DNA from: Vicugna vicugna
Taxonomy: Eukaryota
Length of the DNA stretch: 64,000 bases
Direction: 5' to 3'
Assembly: GCA_013265495.1 (NCBI GenBank)
Contig: MU057521.1
Span: forward strand, 1,872,335-1,936,334
Below the pieces are notes generated by a model that worked only from the letters and a program-made list of their open reading frames with translations, was not told where the DNA came from and did no database searches. Each line of letters begins with the position of its first letter. The stretch's first letter is position 1. The translations under genes and the position numbers were made by a program. Of the stretch, positions 38,401 through 50,308 are shown one piece after another.

Positions 38401-41400
38401 AAAAATTTATTTTTCTTACACTACATGAAGAAGGGGACTAAACTATTTTGAGCCTGGTGTCACTGACAGAAGGACTTGCTTGTTCTGTAACCCTTGCTCA
38501 CAGGTGCGGCCCCCTCGCAGGTGTCCAGACCCGCCTGTATGTGCGCATGAACTTCATCGCTGTGTGCTCGGTGGCAGATAAGCCTGGACACTCCCTGATG
38601 GCCACAGTCACTGTCTGGACCAAGCCAGCAGCGCTCCGCCGTACCTGCCATGGGGGTCGACACACACATGACATGGCCGAGGTACCTACCCCCTCCCTGC
38701 TGCTGCAAGGGTTAATTCATGAAAATCTGCCCCAAAACAGGAACTGAAAGCAGAGGCTTGCTGAGTTCTGCAGCTTGGCCTAAGTCCTGTCATCAGGACA
38801 CCACTGCTGGGGGACGGGGGTGAAAGGGGGTCCTTCATTTATCAAACAAGGAGGACCAGAGTTGGGGGCTGAATGTCTGATTTGCACTTGTTTAAATCAG
38901 CAAGTGTTGACTGAGGCTGGTGATGGTGGAGCGCACACTAATAGGAACTTGCTGACAGTGGCTCAGACCTGAGGCGGGTGTGTCAGAGTGAAAGGAGCGA
39001 AACAGGAGGAGTTGCACGGGTGCCATCCTCAGCGGGGCCCCGCCAGCTGCCAGCCATGCCGGCCCTGACCCTGGCTTTCAGGGCTGGTGGAGAAATCAGC
39101 AGCGCCATGTCTTCTGGGAGCCCCACGCCACACTGGCTCCCGGGCCCTTGCCTCGATGGCGTGCTCAGATGTCTGCCCAGGACCAGAGCTGCCCCTGATG
39201 GTGCTGGTCCTGGTGTTCTTAGTCCGCAGCCAGTGAGCCCCAAACTCTGCCTAAACCTCCCAGGATGCTAACATCCTGCTGAAAAGCACCCAGGAATGTG
39301 ATAAGCCTTACCCTGTTCTCAGCCCCCCAGTTCTGCAGCCCGTGAGTCATTGTGTGATGGTCAGAATGACGAGGGGGTTCTCGGAGCACACCACGGATCC
39401 ATCCCCCCTCAGGAAGAGAAGGGCAAGCACCCACCCCCCCACACCCTCGGGGGCGGAGGGGTGGGGCCCGGCGGTGAGCTCGCTCAGTGGGCTCCATCTG
39501 GGCGTGCTAAGAAAAATCTGCTTTCATTTTGTAGTTTGTGATTTAGTTCAGTTCACCTGGAAAGACTCAACATGAATAAAAACAGATGCATTTCAAGGCG
39601 CACCGCCTGGCTTTTTGACAGCCCTCTTCCTTCCGCATCAGACGGTCTTCCTGCACCCAGGAGAGACGGCAGACCTCTCCATCACAAGGACAGTGCAGGG
39701 TCTCCGGCCACGGCAACAGCTGTCAGGGCTGGGGCACACAAGCTGGGGCAAGGTCAGTGCTGTGGTCCTGGACTCAGGCTCATTAGGGCACGGATGCAGA
39801 TAGGCTGGCGTGGCCGCTCGTCTCAATAGATGTTTACCGTGAAGGACTCTTGACAGTGTGCTCGCTGTGGCCAGAACAACTCAGGGCTTTACAGAGAGAG
39901 ACAGAGGCACAGGGAGACCCAGGGGGAGAGAGAGATGGAGGTCCCGACAGCAGTCCCACATGGGCTTCCAGTGAGTGGAGGGGCTGAGGGTCTTCCATCA
40001 GCACAGCCCCCGGGGGCACAGCTGACGGCGGGCTGGCCTCTCCCAAGGACACCCTCTCACAGCGCAGCAAGGCCTCTGAACAAGGCCTGTCAGCGTCATT
40101 GGCAGTGGGCCCTTGCAGGGCGAGGCCGAGCTCCTGGAGCCCGGCTTCCGAGGCCACGGTCACTCATGTCACGTGCTCAGACACATCTGCAGCTGGCAGT
40201 GCGGGCCCTGCGGGCCCTGCCCACAGAAAGGCTCAGGCATCCACTGGCTGAACCCTAGAAGGGCTCTGAACCACACTCCGGGCCCTACTCTGCCGACTCT
40301 TCCTCGGCGAGGGGCAGCCCGGGATGTTGCAGGTGGACCCGGCAGGACAGTAGCCAGTGCCCGTGTCCCCGTGCCTGGCCCCACAGCTCCCTCCACTGCC
40401 GAGGCCTCACAGCGGGGACAGCTTGAGTTGAACTCCACGATGCAGGCACGCACGATGCAGACGCGCCCAGCACAGATGCAGCCCATGTGACAACGAGCTC
40501 CTCCAACCCAAATCAAGGACTTAGTCAACGCTCTTCCAGTGGGACGACTCAGAGACAGTGATGTCTCTCTGGAAATACTGCTCATCCCCAAAGTTATAAG
40601 GAGAAGTTCAGGTCTGGGCTGGTGAAGCCTTCAGGTGGGACTCTGGGCTTAACAAGTTGTTATTTCCACTGAGGGAACTCCCTGGCCAAGTGCATGAATC
40701 TTGGATCCACGTGCAACATACTTTTCACGGTAAAGTCGGTGCAAACTTTGGCTGGCTCTTGCTAGCACTGCATGGGGTGTTTTTACCAGTGTGGCCCTAG
40801 TTGCTCTCGCTTTGCTGTCTCCTTCGAACACATCTGAAGCAAGCAGTCCAACCACAGTTAAGCTACTTAGCCAAGTATTTACTTAGTGTCTGCTTCTGGG
40901 ATGAGGAGAGAGATCTGCTATGCCAAGCACTATGAGGTGGCACTTACAAATGACATTGCACAGAAGCGATTGGGGTCAGAGAGGTTACACAACTCGCCCA
41001 AGGTCACACAGCTCTTCGTGACACAACTGTAGTCTGAACTGTGTAATTCCAAAGTAGGGTTTTTTTTCAACTTACTCTGCTTCTCCTGTCAGAGACAGAG
41101 AAGTCTGAGATCCAGGCAGAGATGAGCAGTAGTTAAAGACAAAAGGTTCCAAAGGGTGACAGGGAAGGCTCAAGAAATGCGTCACAGAAAGAAGCCCCGG
41201 GAGCAGGGACAGAGCATAGGCCTGAGCCCCCAGCCGGCCGGCTGCTCTGCAGTCCGCATCCCACGGGAACGCGTGCGGCTTTCTGGAATCCCTCGCTCTG
41301 TGGTTTGGCCCTGGCGTCGGCTCCTGCACGCGCCACCTCGAGTATTTAACAATGACGTGTAGATAGAGACATGAATCCTGAAGGAGAAATTCCTTCCACG

Positions 41401-43159
41401 GCATCTGGGGAAACCCTCCCACTTCCAGGGCTGCTTCACCGGGACTTCTGGAATGTGGAGAACAGCATTTCCTTGCGTCACAAAACCAAATCCAGCTTGA
41501 GGCCTATTTAGAATATTAAATAGGAGACTCAGGCGCTCCCACGGTGCCAAGTGAATTTCAGCCCTTCCTAGGGCTCTGCTCAACGTTGCCTGCTGACTCC
41601 AAGTGACAGTGTCCCCGGCAGAAACCCCCTCCCCCCATCTTGGGGCAGAGTGAGGGGCGAGGAGGCGCGGGCCCAGCCACACCGTCCAGACCCTGCTGCC
41701 CAGAGCTGGCCATGCAGGCATCACCCGCTCCGTCTCATGACTCGTAACAGTTTTCTCTGCTGACTTCAACTTGGACATTTTTCATCACTTAACAAAGCCA
41801 GAGGCCTTTAAATTCCTAGGAACCTGCCCACAGAGCTTTTTACAAAACCTATCTGCTCCCCGGGTATTTAATCCTTTAATGTTCACTTTGTTTCTGGAAG
41901 GCTGCGAGTTTGCGGGGCGAGTGCATGATTGCCAGAGTCAGGCCAAACTCATCAGAAGTGCTTTTGTGAATGTTTCAGGAGTTGCAGCTGACAGAGAACA
42001 CGTTCATGGCAAAGCCTCTAACACACCAGGCCAAAGACCAGCAAGTGAAGGCAGAATTACTCACATACACGGTGCCTCGACAGCCCTGGGCTCAGCCCAC
42101 CCTGAGCGGGTGCGGGAGGAGGACAGAGAGGCTGGGCCTGAGCCCGTCCTCGTCCTCGGAGACCTCGCCACCTGGCTTCCGGACCCCTTCGTGACGCAGA
42201 CGGGACGCTGCTCTTACCTCCCAGAGCCTTTTCCCCCTGAAATCCCCTTTCTGCTTCCCTCCTTTGCCTTGGCCTTTTGCACAGCTTTCCTGTTCCTTCC
42301 CTGTTTTGCGTTCTATCAGCTGAAGTTCATCACTCAGCTCTGGTTTTTGGATCCTGGCCTTGCTCTGTCTGCCCTTCTCTGGGACAGGTCTGTCTGTTCC
42401 GAGATTCCTGGGAGGTGGTGACTCCCCATCCTATCAGATGTGCAGAGGGCTGCACGTGGGCTGTTTGGAACAAGTGAGGTCTCCGCAGCCACAGGAAGGT
42501 CTGTGCAGGAACCTTCTAGCTCTCCCCATGGTGACACGACCCCTGATCCTGGGCACAGATGGACCTGAAGCTTGCAGGAGATGGTGCAGGGCCAGGCCAG
42601 GCGTCTTTGTGGCCGTTTGACCATGTCAGCCTGAGAGGCCTCCATGCCTGCGATCCTGGCTGGAGTCGGGGCCAGCTGCTGGCTCCACGGTCCTCCGTTA
42701 ACCCTTGCAGGTTAAACCTGGCCCGGGAGTGATAGGCCAACTGGAGAGGGATTTGTGCTGGATAAGTGGGCAGAACGAAAACGTCTAATTGCATGTTTTC
42801 TTTGTGAGTTTTCACCTCTGCCAAATTCTTGAAATTCTTAAGTCTTACAATTTTATGTGCTTTTCATTTCCGTCTGAACCTGAAACATCATTTAAATGTC
42901 TTTTAAGGTAATCCTAACCTACTCAAATAACCCAAAAAGCTGAGAAAAAACATTAGGGTTATTCCATCCACACCTGGAGGATTTTTGAGGGCTGTCTGAC
43001 CCCGGGCATCAGCTTACGGTTGATGAATTACAGCTTCAAATAGGTAAGTTTTATTAACTTGGTACATCAGTTGGAAAAGGTCATTTTATTTAGGATAATT
43101 TTAAATGTTAAAAATTACGATTTCACTGTCACCATGTCTATAAGAACTTTTATATAAAC

Positions 43160-43560
43160 TTTCAGATATGAAATAAGTCATGGGGATGTAATGTACAGCA
43201 TGGTGACTAGAGTTAGTAATACTGTATTGTATATTTGAAAGTTGCTAAGAGTAGATCATGAAAGTTCTCATCACAAGAAACAAAATTATACTATGGTAGC
43301 TCACAGAGAAAAAAAATGTGACAATATATATATATGTTCATGTATAACTGAAAAATTGTGCTCTACACTGGAATTTGACACAACATTGTAAAATGATTAT
43401 AACTCAATAAAAAATGTGAAAAAAAAGAAACAAAGTTATAACTGTGGTGATGAGTGTATTGTTAATATACATTGTGGCGATCATTTTGCAATACATATAC
43501 TGAATCATTGTACACCTGGAACTTGTAATATAATGTTATATGTCAATCATATTAATCAAA
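43160..43560 (+). mobile_element. L1MA-type 3' end containing a nested younger L1 3' tail (43291-43424)
   Basis: The old L1 (ggggatgtaatgtacagcatggtgact..gaaagttgctaagagtagat) is split by a 134-bp young L1 tail with TSD AAGAAACAAAATTATA (43275-43290) / AAGAAACAAAGTTATA (43425-43440). Confidence 0.85.
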
Positions 43561-46500
43561 AACTATATAATTTCACTGTCATCAAGTCTACAAGACCTTT
43601 GATAAGAAAATAAAAAATTCCAAGTTTTAACATTGGACAAGGGACCATATTCTTTCAAAGGCCAGAGTCTGAGCAGAGCTGTGCTCAGAAGCTCGTCACA
43701 CCATTGTTGGCCTCATGACAACCCACGCAGCGGACGAGCTGTAGAGTCTGGGCGTCTTTGACCCTGGGCTCAGGTCCTCTCCTGGACTCCCGTCAAGGGA
43801 GTCACCTCTTCAGGTTTCATGGGCCTCATCTGTGACAGGAAGAGAAAGGTCCCATCTGTCTTCTGAAGGCCCTTTCGGGCCCTAAGGTTCATAACTTGTA
43901 GATTCTGGGACTCTGTTTTGTGTTTATGTGTCAAAGCAAGGAGGATGAAAAGCGTTACACAACCAGGAGACTGGGAGAGACAGTCCCCTGGAGCCTTCTC
44001 GGTTCTCATGAAAAGTCTCCGAGTTGCCATTCTGTCTATTCTGGGTGCAATGAAGGCCTGAATCCTAGAGCTTCTACTGGTTTTACTGGAGGAAACTGGA
44101 AGTAATTGCCCTAACAGAGAAGCCAGGAATGTGCCTGACAGCTTACGCATCAACAGAAACAAAAGCCCAAATCTTCAAGGCACCAGGAATGAGACTCCCG
44201 GGCTGGGTTCTAAAGTTCCAACTATCCATTCCTGCTTGGGACTCCATGGAACAGCGCCGAGGACTACGGTTCAAATGGAATGAAAGCCGTATTTCAGTAA
44301 CGCGAAGATTGTTTAGTGAAAAAATCAAGAGGCACTTTCCTTGGATATGTTCTGGTTATCACTCATAAGTAACACTCACTAATAGTAACTCTCGGTGATA
44401 CGTCAATACATCCACCAAAGGAGTCTTTAACGGTTTCCATCTCTGTTCTGCGGATAATAGAACCCCATGGCACTCAAGGTTACCATGTTCTTCCTTTCCA
44501 GCCCCTCCAGCACTTCTTGGATCTCCGAGAGCACCCCTTGAACTGAAACTCTCCTCCTTAAGTCTTTCCCAGAATGTGTCCCCCACCTCCCTCCGCCCGG
44601 AGAAATTACAGAGAAAATCCATTCAGTCATTTTCGGGTTATCAGGCTGTGGAACATTTGTTTTCCAATCTTCAGAAGATTGTTGAACTGCCTTTTTTTTT
44701 TTTTCCCTTTTTTTCATTTCAGATAACTCAAAACTGGTTTGGTTCCATGACATCAACCTTGGCATGAATGAAGAATAAGAAATGAAAGCTTTGCCTTGTT
44801 TGGAACCAAAAGAGAGGACTCTCCTGTTTCTCTCTCTTTTCCATTTTCATTAAGACAGTATTTTTTCCTTTTAGCTGGATGATGTATACTTTTAACATTC
44901 CAGGGGAAAAGTGTCAGTGATATGCAAGTCATAATAAAGGAGAATCAAAAGAAATGCAATTACAGGGGACAGGGAACTTCATCATCTTTAGTATGAAGTG
45001 CCCAGAGGAAAATCTAATTTTAAAAATTACCGGCACCATATAAAGGAGAAGAGAATATACAGAAAGATTTGTTGGTTTAAAAATTAACTTAATCCTTAAT
45101 CCTTCTGGCTCTGGGCTTTTCTCCTTATTTTTAAAGGCCAAAAATTATCATTTGGCGCTGGGTAAGACCTAAACCTCACACTGAGGCAGTGTGGTACTAG
45201 GAAGTGGCGATGAAACCTCCTGGTCTCTGGTTTGCTGCCGGAACATGGCAGGACACAACGAACGTTATTAACTAGAGACTGAAAGTCTATCAAGGTGAAA
45301 CCATAACTGTCTCTTGCCCATTCATATAGAGGTATCTATTAAAAATGAAAACGAATATGCATAGGACATCCTATGGCTGATAAAGTTCTTCCCTGTCTTA
45401 TCAGCTGGTGTGGTCCTCCCAGTAACGGGTGGATAAGGCATGACTTTTGAAACCTCCACTTTACAAATGACCAAGAATAGGTAACTTTTCCAAGGATGCA
45501 TGGTTAATCCAAGGTGGAACCAGAACTTGAACCCAGAATTCTGACATACAACAGCCTGACCTTCCACTCTCTCACACGGCCTCCCTAAAGCAAGTTCCAA
45601 CTCCCAGCTAAATGGGCTTGCGCAGGGCCAAGATGTTGTAAGCTGAATACAGCTGCGACTTGCTTACTTATACCAGCTCTGTCTCTTCGAATAAGTTTAA
45701 ATTATGAGAAAAAAAATCAAGCTCATTTATGTGATAAATGGTGGCTGACATTAGGGGGCCGTGACTTGTTTCTAGTTGCTATTCTAACCCCGTGAGATTT
45801 AACTCCACCCCCCTCAACTCATACTAAAAGAAATTGGAATCATTCATATATTTAGAGCGAGAGTCCAAATCATATCGCAATAACACATCCTTCCTTTAAA
45901 AGCCTTTTCTTGATGGAATCTCCAATTTTCCTTTCAGGCATGAAAAATAACACTGCTGTTAATAGTGGCCTGGCCAAGGGTTAGCAGTGAGGAAGGAAGG
46001 AGGTGTCACTAATAACTGATTTCTCACCCTTTATCTAGTTTTCGGTTGGAATCAAATACAGTGTTTACCTCTTCGTCTCTCTACAGGAAGGGTTTTCTTG
46101 ACATAAGGCTTTTAGATTTGGGGAGATGGTTCCTTTGTCCAGATGTGATTTTTCCCCACTTGGCCTGAGTCAGCCAGAAAATGAGAGAAATGGAGATCTG
46201 GCAGAAAGATTGCTAAGGATTCTCTGCTTTTCAAGTGTGGATTCTACAGAAAACACTCTGCTGCCACCTTCTAGCAATAGTGAATGTCCAGGAGGGCCCC
46301 AAGAAAAACAGAAAAGTCACTTTTGGGTCCACTGCGTATTGTAATGATACTTCTTTTATTGTAATGTATATCTTTTTTCCCTTCCCTTTTCTCTCTTAAT
46401 TTGCCATCCCCCCACCTTCTCTTAGCATTCATCTCTGCTCCCATGAATCTTCTCTCAAGCCACAGCCCCCTAATGCTGTGACACTATCACCACCAAGCCT

Positions 46501-49500
46501 TTCCTGGACCCCCACAGCCTGGCACAAATTCTAAAACCAGACTCTGCCCAGGTTCCAGGGAGCTGTTTCAGTCTGAGACACCAGCAGCGTCCACGAAGGG
46601 AGAAAGAAGTAGATTTGGCCGGGGATTCCTAAACACGCTGATGCTGAGTGAAGGCGTTTTGGAGACCCCCTGGCAGCGACAGTTCTGGGAATGTAGGAGT
46701 GAAACACAAAAGTCGCTGCTCAGGAAGGAGTTATCTGGGTTGCGAGAGTGGAGGGTGATTCTCCCACCTCCACCAGGCGGCTGCTGTCGTAGTCTTCTGA
46801 TTTGACAGGCGACACTCTTCAAAGCGTACTAAGCCTTGTCTCCACCGAGAAGGCAGAGGGGCCTCTTCTCATCGTGACTTCACTGAGCTCTCATTTCGGC
46901 TTCAAGAAACAACCTGATAAGTCATCTTGGTTGTAATGCAACCAGGGACATCCCCTGCGTCTCTCTGACCTCTCTAACTGCTCAGAGGGAATTTTCTCCT
47001 TTCTTGTGCTTTTTCTGTAAATTTGCCTAATTGGTGGGTCAAATTAATCTGTTCTGACTTCCCCCCAAAATTCCCTTCCTCACACCGACAGGGCCTGTCA
47101 TGACCTTCAGCTACTTTCCCCAATGGCTCATCTCCCCTCCACCCCCAGCACCAACCCACCCCCTGACTGACCAACCACCCATCCTGCACTACCTACTGGG
47201 CATCAGCTATGTGTCTAGCGTGACCTCAACTCTGGGGTGGACGCAAGAGAAAATCACAACCATTCCTCTGCCTTGAGCTGGAGACATGTACGTGGAGGGC
47301 AGGAAGAAGGAAGGCCCTAACTGGCAGAGGGTGTGGCCCAGACCCACGGCCTCGAGCAGGGTTCTGAGAAGCACAGGAATGAGTGGGCAGTTCATCCAGG
47401 CCAGGTGGCCAGGGTGAGCAAGGGGCTGGCGACAGAGTGACAGCAGAAGCTGGAGAGGCAGGGGACGCCTGACCGCACGGCTTTCCAAACAAAATCTCAT
47501 GGAAAAGATCATAGACATGAAAGTCAGAGCTTCTTACATTTCTATGGGCCCAACCCAATTTCTCAACCTTTCTAGTCATGTGGATACACGCTAATTTCCT
47601 TGGCAGCCTTAGTTAAAGCTCTTAATGTGATCTGAGTGCCTTAGAGATTAGCACGATTATAAATATAAATGTTCAAACACGAGCAAGTTGAAACCAAATG
47701 CCCCTCAAACACTGCCTTTCTGTGCTATGAAGGTTTTCAGTGGTGCCTTGAGCCCTTGGAGAAACGAGCTGAAAAACAGAGTGAAATGGGCCCAATGGCG
47801 AATTCTCCAGGCCAGGCCCCTACACTGGAGGGAGGAAACCTGGTAGCTGCTCTCCACGTATATAATCTACAGCAGCCGGCAGGACAGCTTTGGATGACAA
47901 TCTGAGAAATACGAATTCAGAACTTCAAGCAGGGGCTTGGGTCGGAGATACTGAGACTCTGATCAAAACAGACGGTCTTTATTCAACAGCCAGCCTGCAA
48001 AACATCCCCTTCATGTCGGGACTGCTTTGTAGCGCTTACGAGAGACTCACTAACAAACGGTTATAAATAGCCATCAAGGAGTTTATTTATCTAACTAAGA
48101 GAAAACAGTGTTCAAGATTTTTAAAAACATGCATTTGACACCAAAGAGATGTAACTGCTATGAGCGCAGAAACAGAGCACACCAGACCGAGCCCCGTGTT
48201 TTGATGTGGTCACTCTTCGCTCAGCAGAGCTGCCACTTGGCAACACTGTGTGCCCAATTCTAGGTAGTTGAAAATTTAAAAACACACCTCTTTCAAGAAA
48301 TTCTAAATTTAAACTTTTTTTTTCATTAATTGGTCAAAATTTTTCTTAGTCCGAAGGCTAACTGATTTTACTGTCAAGTCAAATGAGGGCAGAAGGGATG
48401 GCAGTGACTGAATCTCTTTCATCTTCTCATATTTGTGCATAGGGTTTTGTAAACAAACCAGCCAACTTTTCTACAGAGCGCTACTCCTCAACGTTCTTAC
48501 TATTAAACAGTGAAGTGCAAAGTATTCGGAAGAGACGAAAAGATAATAACTCACATGCCTACTGTCAGCACGTATGAGAGTAGAGGTTCCTTTCTTACTG
48601 GAAGACGTAATCATGTGGGTTTGGTGGAACTGTAGCATATCCACTGTATCAGGGTGGTGGATTCCTCAGGGGGTAATGCCTTATCTTCAACTTAAGTATC
48701 TTCTGCCTATGTATTTGGCTCCTGCAGCAGTGGATACAGGAGGCTAGCACACCAGTGTAGCTTCATGCAGCTCCACCTGCATGGAGCCCTGCTGCCTGCC
48801 CACTCTCTCGCCTGAGAAATTATTTCACTTGGCCTCTGATTCTGCAACTGCATCTCCCACCCTTCCAGAAGGCAGCCTGATGGAGAAGACAGAGCACAAA
48901 CATCGGAATAAGACAGAACTGGATTTGAACCTCAACTCTGCAAATTCCCAGCTGTGTCAGTGAGCTGCACAACTTAGTTGCTCTCTTTTCTTTCCTTGGA
49001 AATGCTTAAATACGAACTCATGGTAGATGAGGTCTTCAACGTGTCTGAGCCTCCGTGTCTCTCAATTCATAAAACATGGAAAATAAGACTCTAGTTCTAG
49101 AGTTGGCATCAGAATAAATTACTTTCGTGAAGCGTTTAGCATAGGGACTGGCATTCAGTAACTGTGATTTCCTTCCACGCCTCTCTTAGCTTCCACGGAA
49201 CTGTCCGGGATCTCAGTTTCCCTTTCCTTTCAAGGAGGTGATAGGGAATGCAAATGTGTAAACAGCAGTATGAACACCTTGAAGCTGGTAAAGTTCTTTT
49301 TGCAGGATTCGTAGTTTTTGATTTGAGGAGCTTACATCCTATCATAGTCAAGGCAGAGTGGTGTGTGGTAGAGCGCGGTGCAGTGTGCCGGGCGCGGAGA
49401 GGGGAGGGATCTCTGGGGGGCTGAGGGTGTGGAGAGACACTGGGTGGAAGAGGGGGGTGTCAGAGACCCAACTGGGTTGGGTCTGGGTTGGAAGTTACAG

Positions 49501-50124
49501 GGCGCCCTGGAGTCTGGGTGAGGGGATGGTTCACAGATGGGGTTTGTTGCTTGTTGGCGCTGTCTGCTGCTCTCTGCTGCCCCCTGTTGGCTTGGAGAGG
49601 GAAGAGGAGGATGGTGGCTGAGATGCAAAGTGAGGGGGTGAAGGAGATGCAGGCTGGGGAGGTGGGGAAGAGAGGAGGGCCTGTGAGGGTCATCTGGAGC
49701 CCTCTCCTCCTTTCTGTCCCTGGACTGCTTGTCACACCCTCTTTCTTCTGCTCACCCACCCCCCATTTTCTCTTTGCAGGTCCGAGGCTCATCCCCGGAG
49801 CTCTCCCAGGACCCAGGTGTGAACCAGCGGTGTGGCCCAGGTAAAGTGCATTCAGCCTTCCTGGGACTCCTGTTCTCGCTGCTTGTCTTGTCTGAGGGCA
49901 TTTTCAAGTAATCCTGAAGGCCCCAGGGCATATTCACGAGCTTTGTTCCAAAGAAAAGAAAGGCTGAGGGGCAGAAGACAAGGAGGGACAAAGAGGTGAA
50001 GGAACAAAGAGTTAACACAAAGCCCCTCCAGCAGCAGAGAGGGACTAGGGGAAAAAACTGCAAATAACTTAGCCATTCACCTCAGCCCAGTACTTTCAAC
50101 TTACAGAATACAAAGAGGCTTCTG

Positions 50125-50308
50125 GACTCAGACCACTGACTTGTGGGGCCAGATAATTCTCTGTTGGGGATGGGAGGCCATTGTAGGATGTTCAGCAGAA
50201 CCCCTGGCCTCTATCCACTAAATTCCCTGCCTAGTTGGGACAACAAAAATGTCTTTGGACCATGCCATTGTCCCCTGGGAGGCAAACTCAGCCTTGGTGA
50301 GAGGCCCT
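50125..50308 (-). mobile_element. MER20 DNA transposon
   Basis: ggccagataattctctgttgggg..cattgtaggatgttcagcag..ccctggcctctatccacta..aaaaatgtct..tgtcccctgggaggcaaa. Confidence 0.8.
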
